From positions 14,545 to 78,544 of the forward strand of contig JBFXBD010000014.1 in the NCBI GenBank assembly GCA_050183625.1: a stretch of DNA of 64,000 bases, in the 5' to 3' direction. This document shows, in pieces, positions 13,065 to 22,518 of the stretch. Source of the stretch: Gammaproteobacteria bacterium. GTDB lineage: Bacteria; Pseudomonadota; Gammaproteobacteria; JADZEE01. Under the pieces are notes generated by a model. The model was not told where the DNA came from. It searched no databases and was given only the letters and a program-made list of their open reading frames with translations. Position 1 is the stretch's first letter; every line of letters begins with the position of its first letter. A program made the position numbers and the translations under genes.

Positions 13065-13350
13065 TGGGCAACTCCGCGGGGTTGAATCAGGATGGGCGAA
13101 CGGGCCGGCGGCAGGCGCGGCCGGTGGAAACTCTACCAGAAAACCGTGTACCCCCGAACGGTCGCCATGTGCGGATGGCAGCGCGTAGAATCGGCAGGCG
13201 CGGACGCCACCGCGGCTGTCGAACCCGGGGCACCGGGCACCGGCCGCACCGTGCGCGCGCCGGCCCGGCCGCCAGCGCCGGATCCAGCCGCAGACCCGAG
13301 GAGTTTGCATTGCCGTTGGCCATCCCCGCCGCACGCCACCGAGCCGCCGC

Positions 13351-14448
13351 ATGAGTCCACGCATTGCGCGCCACGTGGCGCATTTCGAACAACTCGGCCG
13401 AACCTGCGAGCGCTCGGGATCGCCCCTCGCCGGCGCGCTGCTGCGGGCGATGGCCGCCGCGCTCGGGCAGGGCGGGCCGCTGGCCGGGATGGTGCTGGCG
13501 TGCGCACTCGACGACGCCAAGGCCGTCATCGGCCTGCGCCTGCTCGGCGCGCTGCACCGCGCCGCACTCGACGGCCGGGCACCGGATCTCGCCCGGTTCT
13601 TCGCCACCGCGGGCGGTCGCTACGCCGGCAGCGCGGACGAATCCGCGCTCGGCACCGCCGCCATCGCGGCACTGGAGGCCAACCCCGATCTCGTCCGGAC
13701 CTACCTGGCCGGTCCGCCGCAGACCAACGAACCGGCGCGCTCGATCGGCCTGCTCGTCGGCTTTCTCGATGTGGCCCGGCAAACCGGGCTGCCGCTCGAC
13801 CTCATGGAGATCGGCACCAGCGCCGGGCTGAACCTGTGCTTTGATCGTTACCACTACCGGCTCGGGGATGCGGACTTCGGCGACCCTGGCTGCGGCATCA
13901 CGCTCCAGACACATTGGACCGGCGCGCTGCCCGCGCTCGACGCGCCGCTCGCGGTGCGGCAGCGGGCCGGCACGGACATCGCGCCGATCGACGCCACCGA
14001 TCCGATCGCGCGCCAGCGCCTGCTCTCTTACGTCTGGCCCGATCAGCGCCAGCGGCTCGACCGCCTGCAGGCCGCGCTGGGAATCGCCGCGGGGGTCGAA
14101 CGCGACATCGCGCGCGAGAGTGCGGACGCCTGGCTCGCGCGCCGGCTCGCCGCGCCCGCGCCCGGCGCCGCGCGCGTAGTGTTCCACTCGATGATGTGGC
14201 AGTACATGCCGGCGCCGGTCCAGGCCGGCGCGCAGGCGGCCATCATCGCAGCCGGCGAACGCGCCGGCGTGGATGCGCCGCTTGCCTGGCTGCGCATGGA
14301 GCCGGAGCCGGGCCACATCGGCTTTCAGATCCGGCTGACCTGCTGGCCGGGCGGGCATTTGCGCTGGATCGCCGCCGCGCATCCGCACGGCGCCTGGGTA
14401 CGCACCGATGCGCCGCCGGTCGTCGAGCGCGGCAACGACATGACCTGA
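13351..14448 (+). CDS. DUF2332-like hypothetical protein
   Basis: 365-aa ORF. N-terminus (ARHVAHFEQLGRTCERSGSPLAGALLRAMA) and overall length resemble the DUF2332 family as I recall it. No catalytic motif recognised. The next gene follows after a 12-nt gap. Confidence 0.55.
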   Translation: MSPRIARHVAHFEQLGRTCERSGSPLAGALLRAMAAALGQGGPLAGMVLACALDDAKAVIGLRLLGALHRAALDGRAPDLARFFATAGGRYAGSADESALGTAAIAALEANPDLVRTYLAGPPQTNEPARSIGLLVGFLDVARQTGLPLDLMEIGTSAGLNLCFDRYHYRLGDADFGDPGCGITLQTHWTGALPALDAPLAVRQRAGTDIAPIDATDPIARQRLLSYVWPDQRQRLDRLQAALGIAAGVERDIARESADAWLARRLAAPAPGAARVVFHSMMWQYMPAPVQAGAQAAIIAAGERAGVDAPLAWLRMEPEPGHIGFQIRLTCWPGGHLRWIAAAHPHGAWVRTDAPPVVERGNDMT

Positions 14449-14460
14449 CGGGAGACGACG

Positions 14461-15453
14461 ATGCAATACAAGCGACTGGGCAATGCAGGCATGCCGGTTT
14501 CGCGGCTGTGCCTGGGCACGATGACCTTCGGCTACCAGTGCGACGAATCGCTCTCGCGCCGGATCATGGATCGCGCCGCCGATCACGGCATCACCTTCCT
14601 GGATACCGCCGACGTCTACCCGCTCGGCGGCGACGCCGGCACGCGCGGGCGCACCGAGGAGATCGTCGGCCGCTGGCTGCAGGGCCAGCGCCATCGCTAC
14701 GTGATCGCGACCAAGTGCTCGATCCCGATGTCCGATCTGCCCTGGGACCGCGGCAACTCCCGCAAGCACATCCTCGACGCCATCGACGCCTCGCTGCGCC
14801 GACTGGGCACCGACTACGTCGATCTGTACCAGTTGCACATGGACGACCCGCAGACCCCGCTCGACGAGACGCTCGAAGCGCTGGATGTCGTCGTACGCGC
14901 GGGCAAGGCGCGCTACGTCGGCTGCTCGAACTTCCTCGCCTGGCGCATGGCCCGGGCGCTCGGCCGCAGCGAGGCGCGCGGGCTGGTCCGCTTCGCCTCG
15001 GTACAGCCGCGCTACAACCTGCTGTTCCGGGAGTTCGAACGCGAGCTGTTCCCGCTGTGCCTGGAGGAAGGCGTGGGCGTCATCCCCTACAACCCGCTGG
15101 CAGGCGGCCTGCTGACGGGCAAGCACCGGCGCGACCGCTCGACTCTGGATGGCACGCGCTTCACGGTCGGCACCAGCGGGCAGCTGTACCAGGACCGCTA
15201 CCTGCACGATCGCGAGTTCGACGCCGTGGAAACGATCGGCGCCGCCGCGGCCGCCGCGGGCATCGCCATGACCACGCTCGCGGTGCGCTGGGTGCTCGCG
15301 CATCCGGCCGTGACCAGCGCAATCATCGGCGCGAGCCGTCCCGAGCAGCTCGCCGAGAACGTCGCCGCGCTGGAAGCGCCCCTGGACGAGGCGCTTGCCG
15401 CCGAGCTCGACGCGCGCACGCGCCAGTTCCGCCACGGCGACGCCCAGCGCTGA
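14461..15453 (+). CDS. aldo/keto reductase (paralog 3)
   Basis: MQYKRLGNAGMPVSRLCLGTMTFG, FLDTADVYP, DLYQLHMDDP, ARYVGCSNF, YNPLAGGLLTGKH. GGGAGA RBS upstream. Confidence 0.9.
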   Translation: MQYKRLGNAGMPVSRLCLGTMTFGYQCDESLSRRIMDRAADHGITFLDTADVYPLGGDAGTRGRTEEIVGRWLQGQRHRYVIATKCSIPMSDLPWDRGNSRKHILDAIDASLRRLGTDYVDLYQLHMDDPQTPLDETLEALDVVVRAGKARYVGCSNFLAWRMARALGRSEARGLVRFASVQPRYNLLFREFERELFPLCLEEGVGVIPYNPLAGGLLTGKHRRDRSTLDGTRFTVGTSGQLYQDRYLHDREFDAVETIGAAAAAAGIAMTTLAVRWVLAHPAVTSAIIGASRPEQLAENVAALEAPLDEALAAELDARTRQFRHGDAQR

Positions 15454-15578
15454 GGTCGCGGCCCGGTCTTTCCGTTAACGGATTTACCCGATAGTATTGT
15501 CCGCCGCGCTTCGGCCCGCCGCAGGCGGCGCGTTGCGCGGCACCCAGCCACGATTCCCCCGGGAGGGCACGTGCGATC

Positions 15579-16805
15579 ATGAGCAGCAGCATCAAGGACA
15601 AGGCGGCGGTCGTCGGCGTCGGCGCGACCCCCTATTTCAAGCGCGGGCAGTCGTATCCGGAAACCGAGCTGTCGATGGCGTGCACGGCCACCCTGCTCGC
15701 GCTCGAGGACGCCGGCCTGACGATCAAGGATCTCGACGGCTTCGCGATCTACTCCAACTCCTGCGATCCGGCCACGGTCGGCGCGACCCTGGGCGTGCCT
15801 GAGATCCGCTTCGCGGCGACGCTGACCTCCGGCGGCGGCGGTTGCGCCGGCGCGCTCGGCCTGGCGGCGGCGGCGATCCACGGTGGCATGGCGACCTGCT
15901 GCGTCACGCTGATGACCCTGCAGCAGCTCAACAAGCGCCTGGGCGGCTCGGCGGTCGGCGGCATGCTGGCGTACGCGACGGCCTCCGACAGCGCCAGCCC
16001 CTACGGCGGCGGCGGCATCCCGCCCTCGGCCGCATTCACGGCCAACAACGGCCTGCTCTCGCCCGGCCACAGCTTCGCCCAGATCGCCAGCCGGCACATG
16101 CACCTGTACGGAACCCGGCGCGAGCACTTCGCCGAAGTCTGCATCTCCCAGCGCGCAAACGCCGTGCGCCGGCCGAAGACCGCGCTGCGCACCGAACCGC
16201 TGACGAAGGAGGAGTATTTCGCCGCGCGAATGATCTCCGACCCGCTCTGCCTGCTCGACTACACCATGGAAAGCGACGGTGCGGTCGCCGTCATCACCGT
16301 CTCGGCCGAGCGCGCGAAGGATCTGCGCCAGCGGCCGGTCTACATCATGGGCTCCGCCAACGGCGGCGCCGGGCGCTGGGGACCCGCAATCTTCCGTTAC
16401 TTCCAGTCGCCGGACGAGTACTTCGCCTCCTCCGGCCATCGCACGGTGGCCCGCCGGATGTACGAGATGGCCGGCGTCGGTCCCGGGGATGTGGACGTCG
16501 CCCTGCTCTACGACCACTTCTCGCCGATGGTCGTCATGCAACTGGAGGACTACGGCTTCTGCCCGATTGGCGAGGGCGGGCGGTTCGTCCAGGACGGCAA
16601 CATCCGCTGGCCGAGCGGCAGGCTGCCGGTCAACACCCACGGTGGCAACCTGTCCGAGGCCTACATCATCGGCATGACGCACGTGCGCGAGGCGGTGGAA
16701 CAACTGCGCGGCACGGCCGTGAACCAGGTGCAGGACGCCGAAATCGCGCTGGTCACCGGCGGCCCAGCGGGCCTGCCGGTCAGCGGCACGCTGCTGCGCA
16801 GGTGA
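15579..16805 (+). CDS. thiolase-like protein (SCP-x / lipid-transfer-protein type)
   Basis: 408 aa; AAVVGVGATPYFKRG N-terminus, C-terminal NTHGGNLSEAYIIGMTHVREAVEQLRG typical of the thiolase fold. GGGAGGG RBS. Followed 11 nt later by a DUF35 gene. Confidence 0.8.
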   Translation: MSSSIKDKAAVVGVGATPYFKRGQSYPETELSMACTATLLALEDAGLTIKDLDGFAIYSNSCDPATVGATLGVPEIRFAATLTSGGGGCAGALGLAAAAIHGGMATCCVTLMTLQQLNKRLGGSAVGGMLAYATASDSASPYGGGGIPPSAAFTANNGLLSPGHSFAQIASRHMHLYGTRREHFAEVCISQRANAVRRPKTALRTEPLTKEEYFAARMISDPLCLLDYTMESDGAVAVITVSAERAKDLRQRPVYIMGSANGGAGRWGPAIFRYFQSPDEYFASSGHRTVARRMYEMAGVGPGDVDVALLYDHFSPMVVMQLEDYGFCPIGEGGRFVQDGNIRWPSGRLPVNTHGGNLSEAYIIGMTHVREAVEQLRGTAVNQVQDAEIALVTGGPAGLPVSGTLLRR

Positions 16806-16816
16806 GGAGAACACAG

Positions 16817-17272
16817 ATGGCCAGTGGATTCGGGGAATTGAAGCAGGGCGTGTTTCCGACCATCCTGAAGGAGACGCACGCGGACGCGGCCACGCAGCCG
16901 TTCTGGGACGCCGCGAAGCAGGATCGGCTTGCCGCGCCGCGCTGCACGCATTGCGGCACCTTCCGGCTGCCGCCGTCACCGTACTGCTTCGTCTGCCAGC
17001 ACCGTGAGGTGGAATGGGTCGACCTGCCGGGCACCGGCACCGTCTACTCGTTCACCATCGTGCGCCATCCGCTGCACCCGGACCTGGCCGCGTGCTGCCC
17101 GTACGCGGCCGGCGTGGTGGAACTGGACGGCACCCAGGGTGCCGGCGCACGCATGCTGGTGAACATCGTCGACTGCGACGTGGACACGCTGAAAATCGGC
17201 GACCGCGTCCGGATCGTGTTCGAGCACGTCAACGCGGAAATGTCCGTGCCCCGGTTCCGTCCGCTACGCTGA
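16817..17272 (+). CDS. DUF35 Zn-ribbon/OB-fold protein (thiolase partner subunit)
   Basis: Tail of ORF 15842..17272 starting MASGFGELKQ, with GGAGAA RBS. Zn ribbon CTHCGTFRLPPSPYCFVCQ, then an OB-fold-like segment GTVYSFTIVRHP...VVELDG...IGDRVRIVFE. Confidence 0.8.
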   Translation: MASGFGELKQGVFPTILKETHADAATQPFWDAAKQDRLAAPRCTHCGTFRLPPSPYCFVCQHREVEWVDLPGTGTVYSFTIVRHPLHPDLAACCPYAAGVVELDGTQGAGARMLVNIVDCDVDTLKIGDRVRIVFEHVNAEMSVPRFRPLR

Positions 17273-17320
17273 CGCGGCGCCGGCCTCCGGAACGGCTGGC
17301 GCAGGCGCCCCGGTGCCGCT

Positions 17321-18157
17321 TCAGTCGCCGTGGCGCAGCGCGGCGGCGACGCCGCCATCCACCAGCAGATCGGTGCCGGTGACGAACGACGCCCGCTCGG
17401 ACGCCAGGAACTCCACCGCGTCGCCGATCTCGTGCATCGTGCCTTCGCGCTGCAATGGGGTTTTCGCCAGCAGGGCGTGCTTGACCGGCGAGCGTTCGAA
17501 CTCCAGTGCCCCCATCGGCGTGGCGATCATTCCGGGCGACAACGACACGATGCGCGCACCGCGCCGCCCCCACGCCGCCGCGCGCCGCGCGCACATGCGG
17601 ATGAGCGCGAACTTGGACAGCTGGTAGGCCAGGGTCGAGGTCATCGGGCCGGCCGCGGCTTCGAGCGCGGCGAGGAATTCCGGCGCGAGCGGTGCGTCGA
17701 GCAGGGTGACGGTGTGCGCCGGCGGCGCCACGTTGTGGCCGGCGAGCGAGGCGATGAATATCGCCGCCGTGCCCTGGCCCGCGAGCGCGAGCATCGCCTC
17801 GTCCATCAGGGTCGGGCCGACGAGGTTGACGCGCATGATGGTTCGCCAATCGGCCATGCTCGGCGACAGGCCGGCCACGTGCGCGAGCACCCGCAGCGGC
17901 CCCTGCGCGCGCGCTTCGTGCGCGAGTGCGGCGACCGAGGCCGGGTCGGTCACGTCGCAGACCGCTCCCGCGGCGTCGTACCCCTGCGCCTTCAGCACCC
18001 CGACCTGTTGCTCCAGGGTCGCGGCATTCACGTCCGCCAGCAGCAGCCGGTGGCGCTGCCCGAGCCGGCGCGCCACCGCCATGCCCAGTCCGCCGGCGCC
18101 GATGACCACGGCCAGCGCCAGATCCGGCCGTTCGCTGCTGCCGACCTTGTAGCTCAT
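17321..18157 (-). CDS. SDR family oxidoreductase
   Basis: VIGAGGLGMAVARRLG Rossmann motif and YQLSKFA active-site motif. Confidence 0.8.
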   Translation of the reverse strand: MSYKVGSSERPDLALAVVIGAGGLGMAVARRLGQRHRLLLADVNAATLEQQVGVLKAQGYDAAGAVCDVTDPASVAALAHEARAQGPLRVLAHVAGLSPSMADWRTIMRVNLVGPTLMDEAMLALAGQGTAAIFIASLAGHNVAPPAHTVTLLDAPLAPEFLAALEAAAGPMTSTLAYQLSKFALIRMCARRAAAWGRRGARIVSLSPGMIATPMGALEFERSPVKHALLAKTPLQREGTMHEIGDAVEFLASERASFVTGTDLLVDGGVAAALRHGD

Positions 18158-18210
18158 CGCTGTCTCCCGCCGTCAGCGCAGCGCGGCGCGCCCCTGGCGC
18201 CGCTGCCGCC

Positions 18211-19107
18211 TCATTCCTTGCCGGCCAGGAACTTCGCGACCGAATCCGGGGGTGAATTCTTGAACCAGGTACCCGGCCAGTTGAACCAGCCCGCGGAGGC
18301 GAAGGTGCCGCCGTCCGGGTGGATCGCCGTGCCGGTCACGTAGCGCGACAGATCCGAGGCCAGGAACAGCACCGCGCCGCCGACGTCCTCGTACACGCCG
18401 TAGCGCCCCATCGGGATCGTGACCTGCTCGTTGATTTCCTGCGCCCGGCCGCCGTCGTCGACGAATACCGACGAGCCCGAAATCCCGCGAATGCCCTCGG
18501 TGGGCGTGATGTCGGGGGCGATGGTGTTGACCCGGATCCGCTCCGGCGCGAGTTCGACCGCGAGTGTGCGGGTGAAATTCTCCACCGCCGCCTTCATGCC
18601 CGCGTACACCGCGAATCCCGGTGCCGCACGATGGCCCTCGATCGAGGTGAAGCTCATGATCGAGCCGCCGCGGCCGGTCTTGCGCATGCGCGGGATGGCC
18701 AGGTGGGTGGCGTGCAGCAGCCAGGTGAAGTTGGTGCGGATGAGCGCGTCCCAGCCGCGGGCGTTGGTGTCCGCGAACGGCTGGTGGAATGTGCCGCCGA
18801 CGACATTGACGAGAATGTCGAGCCTGCCGCCGTTGTGCGCGTCGCAGTCGGCGAAGAACCGGCCGAGCGCCTCCGGGTCGCGCGCATCGAGGACCTGCGC
18901 CAGCGCCACCGCGCCGCCATCCGCCCGAATGCCGGCGACGGTCTCGTCGAGCAACTCCTGGTTGCGATCGCACAGCGCCACGACCACGCCGGCGCGGGCC
19001 AGATCGACCGCGGACGCACGGCCCAGGCCACCGCCGCCGCCGACGATGATCGCGAACCGCCCGGTCAGCCCCAGGCGCGATTCGAGGAAGGATGCGGGAT
19101 TGGCCAT
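18211..19107 (-). CDS. SDR family oxidoreductase
   Basis: IIVGGGGGLGRA, NVVGGTF, YAGMKAAVENFTR, and a PDGGTF C-terminal region. Confidence 0.85.
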   Translation of the reverse strand: MANPASFLESRLGLTGRFAIIVGGGGGLGRASAVDLARAGVVVALCDRNQELLDETVAGIRADGGAVALAQVLDARDPEALGRFFADCDAHNGGRLDILVNVVGGTFHQPFADTNARGWDALIRTNFTWLLHATHLAIPRMRKTGRGGSIMSFTSIEGHRAAPGFAVYAGMKAAVENFTRTLAVELAPERIRVNTIAPDITPTEGIRGISGSSVFVDDGGRAQEINEQVTIPMGRYGVYEDVGGAVLFLASDLSRYVTGTAIHPDGGTFASAGWFNWPGTWFKNSPPDSVAKFLAGKE

Positions 19108-19200
19108 CGGTCGTCTCCGTGGATGGGAAGGCGCAGAGTATGCCCCATGCCCCTGCGTCGCGGGAACGCCGCCGCGGCGCGCGGCGCATGCGAAACCGAT

Positions 19201-20376
19201 TCACCCGGCGAGCAGCGGCGCATCCGAAGCGAGTCCAAGCATTACCCGGCCGGCCGAAATGTAGCGCGGCGTGGACTTGGTCGCGTGCTGCGTGACCGTG
19301 TGCGCGTCGCGGAACAGGCGCGCCAGGCCCTGATCGTTCCGGATCGACGCGCTGCCCGCGGCCTCGTGCACGAGATCCACGGCACGCGCACCCGCCTCGG
19401 CGGCATTGCACGCGGCCAGTTGCAATCGCAACCGCTCGGCCATAGTGAGGGATTGTCCGTCGGAAAGCACCGCCCAGGCCTCTTGCGCCGACTGATGCAG
19501 GTAGGCGCGCGCGGCATCCACGAGAGCCACGGCGCGTCCGAGGTCCAGTTGCACGTACTCGCGCTCACGCAGCGGCACCTGCGAATACGACGCGGACCTG
19601 GCGTGCGCAATCGTGACCAGCCGGTCGATCGCGGCACCGGCGATCGCCAGCGACGCCACTGCTTCGCCGTGGATCGCCTGCCAGGGATGGAACGCGAACA
19701 GCGGCCCGGCGAACGCCGGATGCAAATCCGGGCCCGCGAGCGGTGCCACCAGCGCCGCGGGAACGAAGAGATCCTCCAGCAGCACGTCGGCGGAGCCGGT
19801 ACCGCGCATGCCGAGCGTATCCCAGGAATCCAGAATCCTGGCGTCGGAGCGGGGCAGGAACGCGACCCGAAGCTGCGGCTGGCCGGTAGCGGGGTCCAGC
19901 CGCGGCGCGCCGCCGGTCACCGGCATCGCGATCACGAACAGCCAGTCGGCATGGTGGCAGCCGCTCACGAACGGCACCCGTCCGGACAACCTGAACCCGC
20001 CGTCGACCTCCACCGCGGGACACGGCGGCGCACCGGCACCGGACAGGATCGGCACGCCAGCCCCGTAGAGGCGCTCGATGCCCGCTGGCGGCAGCCGCGC
20101 GCTCATCCCGAATCCCGCGCTGCCCTGCTGCGCAAGGTTCCAGCCCGCCGCCGAATCGATGCGGCCGACGGCCTCCCACACGGCGTAGGCACTGGTCGGC
20201 TCGATTTCCATCCCGCCCAGCGCGCGCGGTGCGAGCATGGCGAACAGACCCTGGCCTCGCAACGCCTCGACCGTTTCCCCGGTCAGCCTGCATGCCCGCT
20301 CGGCCTGCTCCGAACCGCGCGCGAGTACATCGGAGATCGCGGCGACCCGGGCGAGCAGTTCAGAGCGGATGTCCAT
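19201..20376 (-). CDS. acyl-CoA dehydrogenase-fold flavoprotein (ACAD type 2; possibly a flavin-dependent monooxygenase)
   Basis: Within ORF 19201..20472. ATG 20376 (MDIRSELLARV) has GAGGA 9 nt upstream. The C-terminal LFRDAHTVTQHATKS motif is typical of the ACAD-like family. Confidence 0.75.
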   Translation of the reverse strand: MDIRSELLARVAAISDVLARGSEQAERACRLTGETVEALRGQGLFAMLAPRALGGMEIEPTSAYAVWEAVGRIDSAAGWNLAQQGSAGFGMSARLPPAGIERLYGAGVPILSGAGAPPCPAVEVDGGFRLSGRVPFVSGCHHADWLFVIAMPVTGGAPRLDPATGQPQLRVAFLPRSDARILDSWDTLGMRGTGSADVLLEDLFVPAALVAPLAGPDLHPAFAGPLFAFHPWQAIHGEAVASLAIAGAAIDRLVTIAHARSASYSQVPLREREYVQLDLGRAVALVDAARAYLHQSAQEAWAVLSDGQSLTMAERLRLQLAACNAAEAGARAVDLVHEAAGSASIRNDQGLARLFRDAHTVTQHATKSTPRYISAGRVMLGLASDAPLLAG

Positions 20377-20722
20377 GCCGGATGGTCCTCTGCGCGTCGT
20401 CATTGCCTGCGCGCACTCCATCGTCCGCGCCGGCACCACGATAAGCGCCGCCACGCGCAGCGTGCAAGCCACAGAAGGCGGCCGTCACGGCGCCGGACTG
20501 CCTTGCACGGAGCCGACCGAACGCACTTCGTCGTGTGTCGATGCGAACGCCCGGTCGCACCGGGAAATACATGCGCAGCCGTTCCCACGCCATGCGATCG
20601 GCAACCGCGGCGGGCAGGCTATACTCGCGAGGCCGGGCGTCGCCAAGCGTGCGCCCGGAACCCGCATGGTTCCGCGCGCCGGCGGCCCGGCGCTCCCATA
20701 CCCATCGCCAGGAGATTCGCAC

Positions 20723-21490
20723 ATGTCGCTCGAAGGCCAGGTCGCCGTCATCACCGGAGCCACCCGCGGAATCGGCAAGGACATCGCGCGCTCGCTCGCA
20801 AAGCGCGGCGCGCACCTGGTGCTGTGCGGGCGCAGCACCAACGACAACCCGAACCGCGCCGGCCTGCCCGGCACGCTCGAGGGCATCGAGGCCGAACTGC
20901 GCGCCGCCGGCACCGAGGTGATCGTCGTCGCCGCGGATCTGGCGCGCGCGGAGGATCTGCAAAAGGTGGTGGACGCAACGATGAGCCGCTTCGGCCGCTG
21001 CGACCTCCTGGTGAACAACGCCGCGGTGAGCTTCCTGGGGCCGTTCCTGGAAGTGCCGGTGCGGCGCTGGCAACCGGTGATCGCGGTCAATCTCATGGCG
21101 ACGGTGACGCTGTGCCATGCATTCCTGCCGGGCATGCTCGAACGCGGCAGCGGCCGCATCATCAACATGAGCTCGGGCGCCGCCGACACCAAGGTGAAGC
21201 AGGAAGTTACGCAGCTTCCGTACAGCGCGAGCAAGGCGGCGATCGAGGCGGTGACGTTCAGCCTTGCGCACCAGTTCGCACCGCACGTGGCCGTGAACTG
21301 CACCCGCCCGCAGGTGCTGACCGAGGCGGTCACCTACTCGGCGCCGCAGTTGCTCGGCCGTCCGGACTGGGCGCAGCCGGATGACTACGGCGAAGCGATG
21401 GCCTGGCTCGCGCAGCAGCCGCTCGATTTCACCTGCCACTGCCTGGACAACGAGGCCCTGATGAAGCTGGGTGCCCTGCCCCGGCGCTAG
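20723..21490 (+). CDS. SDR family oxidoreductase
   Basis: Tail of ORF 20237..21490 starting MSLEGQVAVITGATRGIGKDIA. AGGAGA RBS at 20710-20715. NNAAV and YSASKAA motifs. Confidence 0.85.
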   Translation: MSLEGQVAVITGATRGIGKDIARSLAKRGAHLVLCGRSTNDNPNRAGLPGTLEGIEAELRAAGTEVIVVAADLARAEDLQKVVDATMSRFGRCDLLVNNAAVSFLGPFLEVPVRRWQPVIAVNLMATVTLCHAFLPGMLERGSGRIINMSSGAADTKVKQEVTQLPYSASKAAIEAVTFSLAHQFAPHVAVNCTRPQVLTEAVTYSAPQLLGRPDWAQPDDYGEAMAWLAQQPLDFTCHCLDNEALMKLGALPRR

Positions 21491-21574
21491 CGACCGCGCT
21501 TGCCGCGCCCCGTCATTGCGAGGCCGAACCGGACCCAGGCCCGGTCCGGCTTCGCGACGGGGGCAGGGAGTGGT

Positions 21575-22471
21575 TCAGCGCGCCGGAACACCCTCGCCGT
21601 CCAGGCGCGAGAGATCCTCCGCGGATAGATCCAGCCACGCGGCGTCGACGTTCTCGTCCAGGTGGCGGATGTCGGACGTCCCCGGAATCGGCAGGATCGA
21701 CGGCGAGCGTCGCAGCAGCCATGAAAGCGCCACCTGTTGCAGCGGTACGCCCCGCGCCTGCGCGATCGCACGCGCCTGCGGCTCCGCGCCGGTACCGCCG
21801 AAGATCATCGGCGCCCAGGGCACGAACGCGATCCCGGCGTCCGCGCAGGCCTGCAGCACCGCGGCGCTCGCCTGATCACCGACATTGAAGCGGTTCTGCA
21901 CCGATACCACCGGGACGATCGCGCGCGCCGCCGCCAGATGCCGGCGCGAGACATTCGACACACCGACGTGCCGGATCTTGCCGGCGCGCTGCAGGTCGGC
22001 GAATGCGCCGATCGTGTCCTCGTAGGGGACGCTCGGATCCGGCACGTGCGACTGGTACAGGTCGATGCATTCCACGCGCAGGCGCCGCAGGCTCGCCTCG
22101 CAGGCGGCACGGATGTGCTCCGGGCGCCCGTCGACCGGCATCATGCCGTTGGCAGGGTTGATCCCGCCCGGCAAAAACCCCGCCTTGGTCGCGATCAGCA
22201 ACCCTGGTGGATACGGATGCAGCGCCTCGGCAATGATCTCCTCGGACTGGCCGATGCCGCCGGGACCGTAGATGTCGGCCGTGTCGATGAAGTTCACGCC
22301 TCGTTCGTGCACCCGGCGGCACAGCGCCCGGGCCGCGGCGCGATCCGGACGTCCGTCGGCGCCCGCGGCCTGCCAGATCCGCATCGCGCCGAAACCGAGC
22401 CGCCGTACGCGGATATCGCCGATGGCAATCGTTCCTGCGGTACCGTCTTCGAGCGTTCTGGTCATCCCCAC
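21575..22471 (-). CDS. aldo/keto reductase (paralog 4)
   Basis: LGFGAMRI, FIDTADIYGPG, DLYQSHVPDP, IRHVGVSN, IPGTSDIRHLDENV. Confidence 0.85.
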   Translation of the reverse strand: MGMTRTLEDGTAGTIAIGDIRVRRLGFGAMRIWQAAGADGRPDRAAARALCRRVHERGVNFIDTADIYGPGGIGQSEEIIAEALHPYPPGLLIATKAGFLPGGINPANGMMPVDGRPEHIRAACEASLRRLRVECIDLYQSHVPDPSVPYEDTIGAFADLQRAGKIRHVGVSNVSRRHLAAARAIVPVVSVQNRFNVGDQASAAVLQACADAGIAFVPWAPMIFGGTGAEPQARAIAQARGVPLQQVALSWLLRRSPSILPIPGTSDIRHLDENVDAAWLDLSAEDLSRLDGEGVPAR

Positions 22472-22518
22472 ACCACGTCATGCCGCATGATGCGCGCGCA
22501 TCGCCGCCCGTGCCGTAC

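Noticed and set aside
13087-15435. 782-aa minus-strand ORF, plus similar long shadow ORFs at 1607..3250 (-), 18319..21384 (+), 22480..24066 (+), 24798..26558 (+) and 27857..29356 (+).
   Set aside because: Each overlaps, on the opposite strand, genes with strong family signatures (AKR, SDR, ACAD, ligase, gltX and others). Their sequences are Arg/Gly/Asp/His-rich low-complexity translations typical of high-GC antisense frames.
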